Assembly (NCBI GenBank): GCA_937918905.1
Contig: CAKZSH010000028.1
Span: forward strand, 59,139-123,138
Length of the DNA: 64,000 nucleotides
From: an uncultured Saprospiraceae bacterium
GTDB lineage: Bacteria; Bacteroidota; Bacteroidia; Chitinophagales; Saprospiraceae
Direction: 5' to 3'
Of this stretch, positions 18,036-27,519 are shown piece by piece. Under the pieces are notes generated by a model, which saw nothing but the letters and a program-made list of their open reading frames with translations, searched no databases and was not told the origin of the DNA. The translations under genes were made by a program, and so were the position numbers. Each line of letters opens with the position of its first letter. Positions within the stretch are counted from its first letter, which is position 1.

Positions 18036-19382
18036 ATGTCAACAACCACAACCTACAGCAAATCATATAGACGATATGTGCTTTTTGTCCTTACTGGTGT
18101 TTATGCTTTTAATTTTATTGACCGACAAATCCTAGTCATACTTCAAGAACCTATCAAAAATGATTTAAATCTTAGTGACACCCAATTAGGTTTACTAACG
18201 GGATTAGCTTTTGCAATTTTATATTGCACACTAGGAATTCCAATCGCAAGGTATGCGGATAATCACAATCGTAAAAATATTGTTTCTATTTCATTAGTAG
18301 TTTGGAGTGGGATGACTGCGGTCTCAGGTATGGCTCAAAATTTTGTTCAACTACTGCTTGCAAGAGTTGGTGTAGGCATTGGAGAAGCAGGAGGAAGCCC
18401 CCCAGCACATTCCATTATTTCAGATTATTATGAACCCGAAAAAAGAGCCACCGCACTATCCATATATTCAACGGGAGTCTATATTGGAATCTTTTTAGGA
18501 TTCTTAATAGGTGGAATAATTGCTCAAAATTATGGTTGGCGAATGGCATTATATGCCCTTGGAATTCCTGGGATTTTATATGCAGTTTTGGTTTGGTTTA
18601 CCATTAAAGAACCTGTAAAAGGAAGAACAGATAGTGGAGCTGCCAAAGGGAAAGATTATTCTTTGAAGGAGGTTGTAAACACATTGTTACAAAAAAAGAC
18701 ATTTGTCTTTTTAGCCCTTGCAACAGGAATGCAAGCATTTGGAAATTATGGTATTGGAAATTGGTTAGGATCCTTTTTTCTACGAGTTCATGGTATGGAA
18801 ATTCAAACGGTAGGAATTACGCTTGGTTTTATAGCTGTGATAGGTGGTGGATTGGGAACATTTTTAGGAGGTGTATTTACAGATCAGTTGCGTAGTAGGG
18901 ATATTCGATGGTACTTATGGTTGCCAAGTTTGGCAGCTTTACTTAATATCTTGCCCTCTGCATTTGTTTTTTTTGGGCAAGAAACCAATGCTGTTTTAGC
19001 AGTTCTTGTTGCGACTTATTTTATTGGTGCTTTATATTTAGGGCCTTCGATTGCGGTGACTCATAGTTTAGTGCCTGCCAAAATGAGGGCTTTTGCTTCT
19101 GCTGTTTTATTTTTTGCATTGAATATTATTGGGATGGGATTAGGCCCTACGATGGTTGGAGTTTTGAGCGATTGGTTAGCACCTACTTATGGAGTCGATT
19201 CTTTGAGGTGGGCGTTTAGTTGTACTTTTATTTCAGGAATACTAGCAGCACTTTTGTTTTATTTGGCAGGGCAATCTTATAAAAAGGATTTGGAGAAAAG
19301 TAATAAAACTCAAAATATTGACTCTAGTAATTTAGATGATTTAGATGAAGATCTACTTGATGACCATTTGGCAAAACCATAA
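18036..19382 (+). CDS. MFS transporter (Spinster-like subgroup)
   Basis: About 12 predicted helices. Contains FNFIDRQIL and ARVGVGIGEAGGSPPAHSIISDYY motifs typical of this MFS group. Confidence 0.85.
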   Translation: MSTTTTYSKSYRRYVLFVLTGVYAFNFIDRQILVILQEPIKNDLNLSDTQLGLLTGLAFAILYCTLGIPIARYADNHNRKNIVSISLVVWSGMTAVSGMAQNFVQLLLARVGVGIGEAGGSPPAHSIISDYYEPEKRATALSIYSTGVYIGIFLGFLIGGIIAQNYGWRMALYALGIPGILYAVLVWFTIKEPVKGRTDSGAAKGKDYSLKEVVNTLLQKKTFVFLALATGMQAFGNYGIGNWLGSFFLRVHGMEIQTVGITLGFIAVIGGGLGTFLGGVFTDQLRSRDIRWYLWLPSLAALLNILPSAFVFFGQETNAVLAVLVATYFIGALYLGPSIAVTHSLVPAKMRAFASAVLFFALNIIGMGLGPTMVGVLSDWLAPTYGVDSLRWAFSCTFISGILAALLFYLAGQSYKKDLEKSNKTQNIDSSNLDDLDEDLLDDHLAKP

Positions 19383-19406
19383 ATTCATCCATAGCTACTC
19401 ATATCG

Positions 19407-19425
19407 AAGTCCTTCGGACTTGTTT
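19407..19425 (+). terminator. Short terminator-like hairpin after the MFS gene
   Basis: aagtcc ttc ggactt followed by gtttg. Short stem and weak T-run. Confidence 0.4.
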
Positions 19426-19582
19426 GCGTAACTTCAATTATTTAAATACTTTCTTTCGAATTCACTTTGCTAACTCCGAGGGAGGGATTTACAATCTAGT
19501 AATTCTTAACTTATTGATAATCAGGTGTTTAAGCGTCGGGTGACTGCAAGGTATCCGATACTTAATATTCATTAAATTTTTA

Positions 19583-19590
19583 TATTTTTG
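19583..19590 (+). promoter_or_regulatory. Candidate -7 box TATTTTTG for the DoxX-FKBP pair
   Basis: Exact TAnnTTTG 24 nt upstream of the ATG at 19614. Confidence 0.4.
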
Positions 19591-19613
19591 CCCTAAAATA
19601 AAGAAAATAGCGA

Positions 19614-20039
19614 ATGAAGGATATTATGGACTTGATGGCAAGGATTTTTTTGTCCCTAATTTTTTTATGGGAAGCATACGATTCCATCAAGTATTTTAAA
19701 ACAACAAAGGCAGCTATGACAGGGTATGGAATTACTTGGCGACAAGATTTACTGCTTGGTGGAGCAATTTTTTTAATGATATTTGGAGGCATATTAATAT
19801 TGACGGGCTACCGTTCTAAATTTGGATCCGTTTTATTATTGTTATTTTATATACCTGCTACATTTACCATCTATTCTTTTTGGAACGATCCACCTGAATT
19901 ATATCGAATCAACTCTATTCAGTTTATGAAAAACTTAGCGATTATTGGAGGCTTGATGATGATTTATGTAAATGGTGCTGGACGATATAGTATTAAACGA
20001 TTATTTGCAACAACACGTTTGCCTCGAAGTGCGAGGTGA
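19614..20039 (+). CDS. DoxX-family membrane protein
   Basis: 141 aa with 4 helices. RIFLSLIFLWEAYDSI and FMKNLAIIGGLMM match the DoxX pattern. Confidence 0.75.
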   Translation: MKDIMDLMARIFLSLIFLWEAYDSIKYFKTTKAAMTGYGITWRQDLLLGGAIFLMIFGGILILTGYRSKFGSVLLLLFYIPATFTIYSFWNDPPELYRINSIQFMKNLAIIGGLMMIYVNGAGRYSIKRLFATTRLPRSAR

Positions 20040-20062
20040 TTTTTTAAATAAATAAATCAGAA

Positions 20063-20752
20063 ATGAAAAAGACACTTTATATTCTAATTACAATGTTGAT
20101 GTTTTCTTTTTTTGCACAACCATTGATGGCACAGAAGGATAAACAATTGAAAACCTTCCAGGACTCTGTTTCTTATGCCTATGGTTTTTTGATTGGACAA
20201 CAAATGAAGGAGATGGGAAATATTAATAAAGAATTGCTTAAAAAAGGACTGGACGATCAATATGGAAATCAACAAATGATTTCAGAACAGGAGGCCCAAG
20301 AGATTATGAGAAAAGCTCAACAGGAACGGCAACGTGCTGAAAAAAAGAAACAATCTGCCCAAGGAAAAATTAATAAAGCCAAGGGAGAAAAATTCTTAGC
20401 TGACAACAAAAAGAAAAAAGATGTAGGCACCACACCAAGTGGATTGCAATACAAAGTGCTAAGAGATGCCAAAGGTCGAAAGCCTATGGCAAAGAATAAA
20501 GTAAAAGTACATTACGAAGGGAAATTGTTGGATGGGACTATTTTTGATAGTTCTTATGAGCGTAACGAACCTACTACTTTTGGTCTTACTCAAGTTATCA
20601 AAGGTTGGACAGAAGGATTGCAATTGATGAGTGTTGGCTCAAAATATCGTTTTTATATTCCATCTGATTTGGCATATGGTGCGAGAGGACAACGTGGAAT
20701 TCCACCTAATTCTGTTTTGGTTTTTGATGTTGAATTATTGGAAATACAATAG
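20063..20752 (+). CDS. FKBP-type peptidyl-prolyl cis-trans isomerase (FkpA/Mip-like, secreted)
   Basis: Signal peptide. FKBP core VKVHYEGKLLDGTIFDSS...VIKGWTEGLQLM..G.K....IPS.LAYG....IPPNSVLVFDVELL. Confidence 0.9.
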   Translation: MKKTLYILITMLMFSFFAQPLMAQKDKQLKTFQDSVSYAYGFLIGQQMKEMGNINKELLKKGLDDQYGNQQMISEQEAQEIMRKAQQERQRAEKKKQSAQGKINKAKGEKFLADNKKKKDVGTTPSGLQYKVLRDAKGRKPMAKNKVKVHYEGKLLDGTIFDSSYERNEPTTFGLTQVIKGWTEGLQLMSVGSKYRFYIPSDLAYGARGQRGIPPNSVLVFDVELLEIQ

Positions 20753-20767
20753 GTAATCGTTCTTTAA

Positions 20768-20824
20768 GTTTTGTGATTAGTGACTCGTGATTCGATACTG
20801 ATAACGAGTCACTAATCACAAAAC
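20768..20824. repeat. Perfect 21-bp-stem hairpin
   Basis: gttttgtgattagtgactcgt pairs with acgagtcactaatcacaaaac (14-nt loop). It shares gtgatt/gtgactcg words with the hairpin at 46589. Confidence 0.9.
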
Positions 20825-20873
20825 TCACAGTTCATATTTGGATTTTGATTTTTCAATTACTTACTTTTACCGC

Positions 20874-21452
20874 ATGATGGAATCTTTTGCAAAATTTTTA
20901 CTTTGGCTACATGGATGGAAAATAGATAAAAATGTTCCCAAGGAAGCTCAACGTAGTGTCGTGATTGCCGCACCTCATACGACTAATTGGGATGGGTATT
21001 TTGTACGTGTTGCTTTTTGGGTTTTAAAAATTCCTGTAAAAATTGCAATAAAAGACAATTGGACAAAAGGTCTAATTGGGTCACTTACGAAACGTGCAGG
21101 ATTTTTAGGAATTGATAGGAGTAAAAAAGATCCTAACAAACCTCGTAAAAGTCAAACAGAACAAATGGCTGATTTTTTTAAGCAGTTTGACGAAATTGCT
21201 TTAGTCATTGCACCTGAAGGAACTCGAACATTGCGTAAAGAATGGAAACTTGGTTTTTATCATGTTGCAAAAATGGCGAATGTACCCATCACCTTTGGCT
21301 ATTTGGATTATGAAAAAAAGATGGCAGGGATTGGAGGTGTTATTTATCCTACCGATGATATGGAAGCAGACATGAAAAAGATTATGAATTTTTACAAAAA
21401 TATCACTCCTAAAAAGAAATCTTATTTTAGTTTAGATGAGCGGTATATTTAG
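20874..21452 (+). CDS. Lysophospholipid (1-acyl-sn-glycerol-3-phosphate) acyltransferase family protein
   Basis: HX4D-type motif APHTTNWDG and APEGTR motif. The start could be the TTG at 20838 or the ATG at 20874. Confidence 0.75.
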   Translation: MMESFAKFLLWLHGWKIDKNVPKEAQRSVVIAAPHTTNWDGYFVRVAFWVLKIPVKIAIKDNWTKGLIGSLTKRAGFLGIDRSKKDPNKPRKSQTEQMADFFKQFDEIALVIAPEGTRTLRKEWKLGFYHVAKMANVPITFGYLDYEKKMAGIGGVIYPTDDMEADMKKIMNFYKNITPKKKSYFSLDERYI

Positions 21453-21457
21453 AAAAA

Positions 21458-21696
21458 GTAACCGCCAAATTTATTTGGCTGGTTGAACAAGTCATTGATT
21501 ATTATACCGAATTTAATAAGAGGTGTCGTGAATATTGATTTAGATTTTGTCGATAATAGAGGCAAAAAACGTAGGGATAGGCTAGCTATCACGAAGCTTT
21601 TTAACGGAGAGTAGCGGCGAAAGATAATTCAATATGTACGACATATCTTATTAAATTCGGTATTAATACAACCAGCCAAATGAATTTGGCGGTTAC
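21458..21696. repeat. Copy E1 of the GTAACCGCCAAAT...ATTTGGCGGTTAC double-hairpin element; fills the whole convergent spacer
   Basis: gtaaccgccaaatttatttggctggttg pairs with caaccagccaaatgaatttggcggttac. A second nested IR pairs ataccgaatttaataaga with tcttattaaattcggtat. Confidence 0.85.
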
Positions 21697-21699
21697 TTC

Positions 21700-22770
21700 C
21701 TAAACATCTTCAAACCACTCTTTCAACAACCTATTAATAGTATCTGCTTCGACTAAAAAACCATCATGTCCATATGGTGAATCCAAAGAAACATAATGTG
21801 CATTAGGAATATAATCTGCTAATTGTTGTTGTTCAGAAGGTGGGATTAATAGATCCGTATTGATGGATAAAATAAAAGCATTAGCAGTAATTTGAGATAA
21901 GGCTTGTTTGATGCCACTTCGTCCTCTTCCTCGCCCAATATTATGCGTATCCAATGTTTTGGTTAAACTAAAATACGCCTGTGCGTAAAAGCGTTGTTGT
22001 AATTTTTTTCCTTGATAAGAAATATAAGAAGCCGCTTTAAAATCATCAGTCTTTTCATTATCATCCGTTTGACTTTTGATATAAGCGTCAAAAGTACGGT
22101 AGGTGAGAAGTGCCATTCCACGGGCAGCTTTTAGTCCATTTTTACCAGCCATATCATAATCTTCTTGCCAAGTAGGATCAGCTTGAATCGCAAGGCGTTG
22201 AGCTTGATGAGTAGCGATAGCCCAAGCGGTTTCACGAGGACTCGTTACTAGGAGGGCAATATTTTTTATTTTATCTTTTAAAAGATAAGCCAATTCCATG
22301 ACCTGATGCCCCCCACAAGAACCTCCAATACACAAACTAATTTGATCAATTTCTAAATGTTGCCTTAAACAGTCATGTGCTTTCACTAAATCTCGAATCG
22401 TCAACAAAGGAAAATCTATTCCATATGCTTTTTGAGTGATAGGCGAAATACTTCGTGCGCAAGTACTTCCATAACATGAACCTAAGATATTCGCACATAC
22501 GATAAAATGTTTTTCAGGGTCATACATTTTTCCTTTTCCAAACAAACCACTCCACCAATCCGAAACATCTGAGTTAGCGGTCAAAGCATGGCATACCCAA
22601 ATGACATTGTCTTTGGCTTGATTTAATTTTCCAAAAGTGTGATAAGCAATTGTTACTTCAGGAAGTGATTCGCCCGATTCTAGTTCAAAAACTTTGTCGT
22701 ATTTGAAAAACTGTAACCCTTCGATTTCGATTGGGATTTTGTAAGTAGTATGTTTTTTAGAGGTAGGCAT
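21700..22770 (-). CDS. metX: Homoserine O-acetyltransferase
   Basis: Typical MetX length with the nucleophile region IGGSCGGHQ and HDGFL near the C-terminus. Adjacent to the sulfhydrylase gene. Confidence 0.9.
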   Translation of the reverse strand: MPTSKKHTTYKIPIEIEGLQFFKYDKVFELESGESLPEVTIAYHTFGKLNQAKDNVIWVCHALTANSDVSDWWSGLFGKGKMYDPEKHFIVCANILGSCYGSTCARSISPITQKAYGIDFPLLTIRDLVKAHDCLRQHLEIDQISLCIGGSCGGHQVMELAYLLKDKIKNIALLVTSPRETAWAIATHQAQRLAIQADPTWQEDYDMAGKNGLKAARGMALLTYRTFDAYIKSQTDDNEKTDDFKAASYISYQGKKLQQRFYAQAYFSLTKTLDTHNIGRGRGRSGIKQALSQITANAFILSINTDLLIPPSEQQQLADYIPNAHYVSLDSPYGHDGFLVEADTINRLLKEWFEDV

Positions 22771-22796
22771 TAATTTTATTTTTTGAAAAAATTTTT

Positions 22797-22873
22797 TTAG
22801 CCGCAGATTTTTTTTGATTTTCTAAAACGTGTTTTTCGTCAATCATAAAAAATCGGCGTAAATCTGTGGCTAA
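22797..22873. repeat. Intercistronic hairpin inside the met operon
   Basis: ttagccgcagattt pairs with aaatctgtggctaa, enclosing ~50 nt. Confidence 0.65.
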
Positions 22874-22894
22874 GAATTATCAATATTTTGTGAT

Positions 22895-24061
22895 TTATAC
22901 CGACTTTTTCAAGGCATTATCAATATCTTCAATAATATCATCCACATGTTCCAATCCAGTAGAAATACGAATCAATCCATTTGTAATGCCAACCTCTTGC
23001 CTTGCTTCTTCAGTCAGTTTAGCATGTGTGGTGGAAGCAGGATGTGTTGCAGTAGTTCGAGTATCTCCAAGGTTAGCCGTCAATGATAACAATTCAATTG
23101 CATCCAAAAAATCACGACCTTGTTGCAAACCACCTTTGACTTCAAAAGTAACAATTCCTCCACCTTTTTTCATTTGTTTTTTTGCAATGGAGCAGGCAGG
23201 ATGACTTTCCAGAAAAGGATAATTGACACGAATTACTTGATTATGATTTTGAAGAAAGTTGGCAAGTGCCAATGCATTATCACAATGTCGATCTAATCGA
23301 ACGCCAAGTGTCTCTAAACTCTTGGAAAGTATCCATGCATTGAACGGCGACAAAGAAGGCCCTGTGCTTCGACAAAATTTTCGAACATTTTCCATCAACT
23401 CCTTTTTACCTGCTACCACACCTCCTAGGACTCTTCCTTGACCATCAATAAATTTTGTAGCGGAGTGCATAATTAAATCTGCTCCGTACTTTGCAGGTTG
23501 TTGCAAATATGGTGTTGCAAAACAATTGTCCACACAGTAAATTAAGTTATGTGCTTTGGCAAAATCGCCTGCTACTTGCATATCAATAATATCTAACCCA
23601 GGGTTGGAAGGGGTTTCGATAAATAACATTTTAGTATTGGACTTTAGTTTTTCTTCCCAAGTTTCAGGTGCGTTGGGATTGACAAAATCATGTTCAATTC
23701 CCCATTTTGGAAGGTGATTAGTGAGTAAGGTATAGGTGGAACCAAATATCGCACGAGATGCCAAAACATGATCGCCTGCTTTTAAATGGGATAAAAATAG
23801 TGCAAAGACAGCTGCCATCCCTGAAGCGGTAGCAAATGCATCATCGACATTTTCCAATGCTGCCATTTTTAATTCCAATTCTGTACAACTTGGATTGGTA
23901 AAACGGCTATAAATATTACCTGAATCTTCCCCTGCGAATAATGAACGCATCTGCTCTGCATCGTTAAATACAAAACTTGATGTAGGGAAAATAGGTGTAC
24001 TATGTTCTCGATGTTGGCTGCGTTCAGTTTGAATTCGAATGGCTTTGGTTTCGAATTTCAT
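22895..24061 (-). CDS. PLP-dependent O-acetyl/O-succinyl-homoserine sulfhydrylase (Cys/Met metabolism family, MetZ-like)
   Basis: N-terminus FETKAIRIQTERSQHREHSTPIFPTSSFVF and the PLP-lysine region HSATKFIDGQG. Confidence 0.9.
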   Translation of the reverse strand: MKFETKAIRIQTERSQHREHSTPIFPTSSFVFNDAEQMRSLFAGEDSGNIYSRFTNPSCTELELKMAALENVDDAFATASGMAAVFALFLSHLKAGDHVLASRAIFGSTYTLLTNHLPKWGIEHDFVNPNAPETWEEKLKSNTKMLFIETPSNPGLDIIDMQVAGDFAKAHNLIYCVDNCFATPYLQQPAKYGADLIMHSATKFIDGQGRVLGGVVAGKKELMENVRKFCRSTGPSLSPFNAWILSKSLETLGVRLDRHCDNALALANFLQNHNQVIRVNYPFLESHPACSIAKKQMKKGGGIVTFEVKGGLQQGRDFLDAIELLSLTANLGDTRTTATHPASTTHAKLTEEARQEVGITNGLIRISTGLEHVDDIIEDIDNALKKSV

Positions 24062-24088
24062 ATGAATTTAATTTAAAAAAGGTTTTAT

Positions 24089-24185
24089 GGTAACGGTAAC
24101 CGTCAAATTTATTTGGTAAGATGTATAAATATGTGAAAATCAGTAAGTTACACAAACTGCCAACTAAAGTTGACGGTTACCGTTA
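24089..24185. repeat. Copy E2 (diverged) of the CCGCCAAAT family, in the divergent met / receptor spacer
   Basis: ggtaacggtaaccgtcaaatttatttggtaag pairs with ctgccaactaaagttgacggttaccgtta. Confidence 0.7.
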
Positions 24186-24402
24186 AAAAGATGCAAAGTT
24201 AATCTCTTACCACCTGAAAAGAATAATTTATTTTTTAGAATTTACGTCTTCCAACCGCAAGTATTTAAGATATTTGCCATCCAAATTTATATTTTGGTTC
24301 TGTTGTAAGTAAAAATAATCTTTCCCAATTTAAACGACTTTTGATTTTAAGCGTTTAAACATTTTAATTCATTTTAGAAACAAAGACATAAACTTAAACC
24401 CG

Positions 24403-26874
24403 ATGTTAAAAAAAGTTACAAAAGTATCTATTCTATTATTAATATTGATTTTACCGTTGACCATTTTTGCACAAAGACCAGGTGGCGGACAAAGAGTTGG
24501 CTCAGGTGGAGGATTTAAAGGAATAGTGAAGGGTAAAGTAGTAGATGCCACAACCCAAGCTCCAATGGAATATGCTACGATTTCCATTATTTCTCAAAAA
24601 GACAGTTCCATCGTTACGGGAGATATTACTTCAAAAACTGGTGTTTTTGCCATCGAAACACCTCCAGGGCGATATTTTGCAAAAGTTGATTTTATTGGTT
24701 TTAAACCCATAACACTTGATAATTTTGTCATAGGTAGAGAGAGTCGGGTAGTAGATTTGGGACAAATCGAACTAGGGGCGAACTCAGAAGTTTTAAATGA
24801 GATTGAGGTTAGAGCAGAAAAGAGTTCTGTTCAGATGGGCCTGGACAAAAGAATATTTAATGTAGGAAAAGACCTTGCAAATAATGGAGGTTCTGCGGCT
24901 GATATTTTGGATAATGTACCAAGTGTAGCAGTTGATATTGATGGCAATGTCAGTCTTCGTGGAAGTGAAGGCGTTCAGATTTTAGTGGATGGAAAGCCTT
25001 CAGGTTTGGTGGGAATCGGAAGTACAGGAGGACTCAAAGCTTTGCCCGCTAACTTGATTGATAAAGTAGAAGTGATTACTAATCCTTCAGCAAAATTTGA
25101 AGCAGAAGGGACTTCAGGGATTATTAATATTGTTTTGAAAAAAGAGAAAAAAAGTGGTTTGAATGGTTCGTTCGATTTTACGTTGGGGTATCCTGATATT
25201 TATGGCGTTGCTTTCAATTTGAATTATCGGAAAAACGACTTCAATTTTTTTACGAACATAGGAGTAAATCATAGAAAAAATTTGGGAGGAGGAACTTCTC
25301 ATCAACGTTTTTTTTCCAATTCAAAAATTACAAACCAAGAAAGAGATCATGAGCGTGGTGGGCTTTCAGGTAATATAAGATTTGGAGCAGACTATTATTT
25401 TAATCCAAAAAATACATTGACGACTTCTTTTTTATATCGAATAGGAAGAGATGATAACTTTTCGGAAATATATTACTACGACTTTTTAGAGACAGAAGAT
25501 AACCCTATCGGGACAACTTACCGAACTGATAATGAAGACGAAGATGAAACGAAATCAGAATTTGCATTGACCTACACTAAGAAGTTTAATAAAAAGAAAC
25601 ATGAGTTGGTCGCAGATTTTCGGTATCAAGATAATATTGAAGCAGAAAAATCACAATTTGAGGAAACTTATTTTGATCCTGATTTCAATCCATCTACGCA
25701 ACAGGCTCTTTTGCAACGATCTGGAAATGAGGAAGGAGAGCGAAGGATAATTACCAAATTAGATTATACGCTTCCTTTGGGAAAAAATGAAAGATTTGAA
25801 GCTGGATATCAAGGTTCTTTTCGAACAATTAATAATGATTACAAGGTAGAAGAAGAGATAAATGGGGAATATCAAGCCTTGCCAAATCTGACCAATGAGT
25901 TCAGTTATGATGAGAACATTTATGGAATTTATGCGACCTATGGTAATAAGATTAACAAATTCTCTTATCAAATAGGGACCAGACTTGAACACTCTGATGT
26001 ACGAACTGAACTTGTCAATAATGATTCTATCAATGCTAGAAATTACACTAATTTTTTTCCAAGTGGATTTGTTTCTTATGAGCTAAGTAATGGAAATTCA
26101 ATTCAAGCAAGTTATTCTCGAAGAGTTCGACGACCTCGGTTTTGGAGTTTGAATCCATTTTTTACATTTAGCGATGCCAGAAATCAATTTAGTGGAAACC
26201 CAAATCTTGATCCAGAATTTACAGATTCGTATGAAATAGGTCATGTTAAATATTGGGAAAAAGGATCATTGTCTTCGGCTATTTTTTACCGACATACAAC
26301 AGATGTAATTACTCGAATCATTACAAGTTCTTCAGCTGATACTACTTTTCGACGACCAGTTAATTTAGCAACTCAAGATGATATTGGTTTTGAATTTACA
26401 TTTTCCTATAACCCTGCTAAGTGGTTGCGGTTTAATGGAGATGTGAACTTGTTTCGGTCAATCACAGAAGGATCGAATGAAGGAATTAGTTACAATGCAG
26501 ATACTTATACTTCGAGAGGGCGGTTGACTTCAAGAGTGACGGTTAAGAAAAAAACGGATATTCAATTGCGATTTAATTATCGAGCACCAAGAGAAACTAC
26601 GCAGGGTAGTACCAAAGCTATTGCTTTTATTGATCTTGGAGTGAGTCGAGATATTCTAAAAAATAAAGGAACAATTACTTTTAATGCTTCTGATCCTTTC
26701 CAAACTCGAAGAAGAAGAGGAATCACGGAAACTGAAAATTTTTATCGAGAAGATGATTTTCAATGGAGAGGTCGTACATTTCGTTTGACTTTAAACTATC
26801 GACTCAATCAGAAAAAACGAAGAGGCGGTGGCCGTCGTGGTGGTGGTGGTTTTGAAGGTGGTGGAGAGTTTTAA
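24403..26874 (+). CDS. TonB-dependent-receptor-like outer-membrane beta-barrel with N-terminal carboxypeptidase-regulatory-like domain
   Basis: Signal peptide, GKVVDATTQAPMEYATISI (CarbopepD_reg), a plug-like region (VEVITNPSAKFEAEGTSGIINIVLKK), then alternating beta-strand pattern. Terminal F is present. Confidence 0.85.
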   Translation: MLKKVTKVSILLLILILPLTIFAQRPGGGQRVGSGGGFKGIVKGKVVDATTQAPMEYATISIISQKDSSIVTGDITSKTGVFAIETPPGRYFAKVDFIGFKPITLDNFVIGRESRVVDLGQIELGANSEVLNEIEVRAEKSSVQMGLDKRIFNVGKDLANNGGSAADILDNVPSVAVDIDGNVSLRGSEGVQILVDGKPSGLVGIGSTGGLKALPANLIDKVEVITNPSAKFEAEGTSGIINIVLKKEKKSGLNGSFDFTLGYPDIYGVAFNLNYRKNDFNFFTNIGVNHRKNLGGGTSHQRFFSNSKITNQERDHERGGLSGNIRFGADYYFNPKNTLTTSFLYRIGRDDNFSEIYYYDFLETEDNPIGTTYRTDNEDEDETKSEFALTYTKKFNKKKHELVADFRYQDNIEAEKSQFEETYFDPDFNPSTQQALLQRSGNEEGERRIITKLDYTLPLGKNERFEAGYQGSFRTINNDYKVEEEINGEYQALPNLTNEFSYDENIYGIYATYGNKINKFSYQIGTRLEHSDVRTELVNNDSINARNYTNFFPSGFVSYELSNGNSIQASYSRRVRRPRFWSLNPFFTFSDARNQFSGNPNLDPEFTDSYEIGHVKYWEKGSLSSAIFYRHTTDVITRIITSSSADTTFRRPVNLATQDDIGFEFTFSYNPAKWLRFNGDVNLFRSITEGSNEGISYNADTYTSRGRLTSRVTVKKKTDIQLRFNYRAPRETTQGSTKAIAFIDLGVSRDILKNKGTITFNASDPFQTRRRRGITETENFYREDDFQWRGRTFRLTLNYRLNQKKRRGGGRRGGGGFEGGGEF

Positions 26875-26965
26875 TCAATCAAAATCAAAATGGCAATCAA
26901 AATCAAAAACGTGATATTGTGAAAGCATGTTTTTTGATTTTGATTGTCATTTTGATTGATCAATT
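26873..26965. repeat. Hairpin made of (aatcaa/caaaat) words; fills the convergent spacer and overlaps the stop codon
   Basis: aatcaatcaaaatcaaaatggcaatcaaaatcaaaaac pairs with gttttttgattttgattgtcattttgattgatcaatt. Confidence 0.85.
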
Positions 26966-27235
26966 CTATTTTTCAGCTAAATATTTTTCAGTTTTGGCTT
27001 TTTCTACCTTATCTAAAAATTTATCAGATTCATGTTTGTCTCTTACCACTTTGGCAACTGTGAAGCAGGAAGAAACGGTGAAAATATAGGACATGGTCAA
27101 AAACCCTTTCATGGCAATAGTCGCTTCCAAATAAAATAATCCTGCCGCCATTCCCAATGATGAAATAGCAAATGTTATCCAAGCCATATTATAAAATGCC
27201 TTGGTATTGTGATTTTCATAAATGTAATTTTGCAT
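26966..27235 (-). CDS. YiaA/YiaB-family small inner-membrane protein
   Basis: 89 aa with two helix pairs. The WITFAISSLGMAAGLFYL...GFLTMSYIFTVSSCFTVAKVVRDKHE pattern is recalled from the YiaAB domain. Confidence 0.55.
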   Translation of the reverse strand: MQNYIYENHNTKAFYNMAWITFAISSLGMAAGLFYLEATIAMKGFLTMSYIFTVSSCFTVAKVVRDKHESDKFLDKVEKAKTEKYLAEK

Positions 27236-27250
27236 GACTAGAAGATTTTG

Positions 27251-27316
27251 AAAGTTCTATTTAGGGAGTAGGTTATTTATTTCCTACTCCCTTAACTTTT
27301 TAAGAAATAGAACTTT
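27251..27316. repeat. Nested hairpin
   Basis: The outer pair is aaagttctattt / aaatagaacttt. The inner pair is gggagtagg / cctactccc. Confidence 0.7.
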
Positions 27317-27519
27317 ATGAATAAACTAAATTTTTTAACGCCAGCAAATTTGGGATTTTGAGGTTTGGAATGGAGGATTTTATAGATGAAAAACGGATTT
27401 GTTTGGATGAAACTTAAAAGTATTCCATGTTTAGGGGTGGTTTTTAATACATTTATAATTATTCAGCATTTTCCCATCTCACCATTATTTTTTCGACGTA
27501 CAAAAGCCCGACAGCTAAA

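Noticed and set aside
22866-23204. ORF 22866-23204 (+), and similar antisense ORFs (23259-23441, 46082-46477, 46607-46927, 27779-28060, 50710-51018, 33871-34155, 35739-35999 and others)
   Set aside because: They are fully antisense to well-supported genes with recognisable family motifs, which is typical of shadow ORFs.
24062-24402. A SAM riboswitch upstream of the methionine operon
   Set aside because: I could not find the conserved SAM-I core or a convincing SAM-II pseudoknot by eye. I keep it as a checkable question in the findings, not as a feature.
27473-27485. Shared 12-mer cccatctcacca at 27473 and 40935
   Set aside because: A single 12-nt match within 64 kb is within chance expectation, and there is no extended similarity around it.
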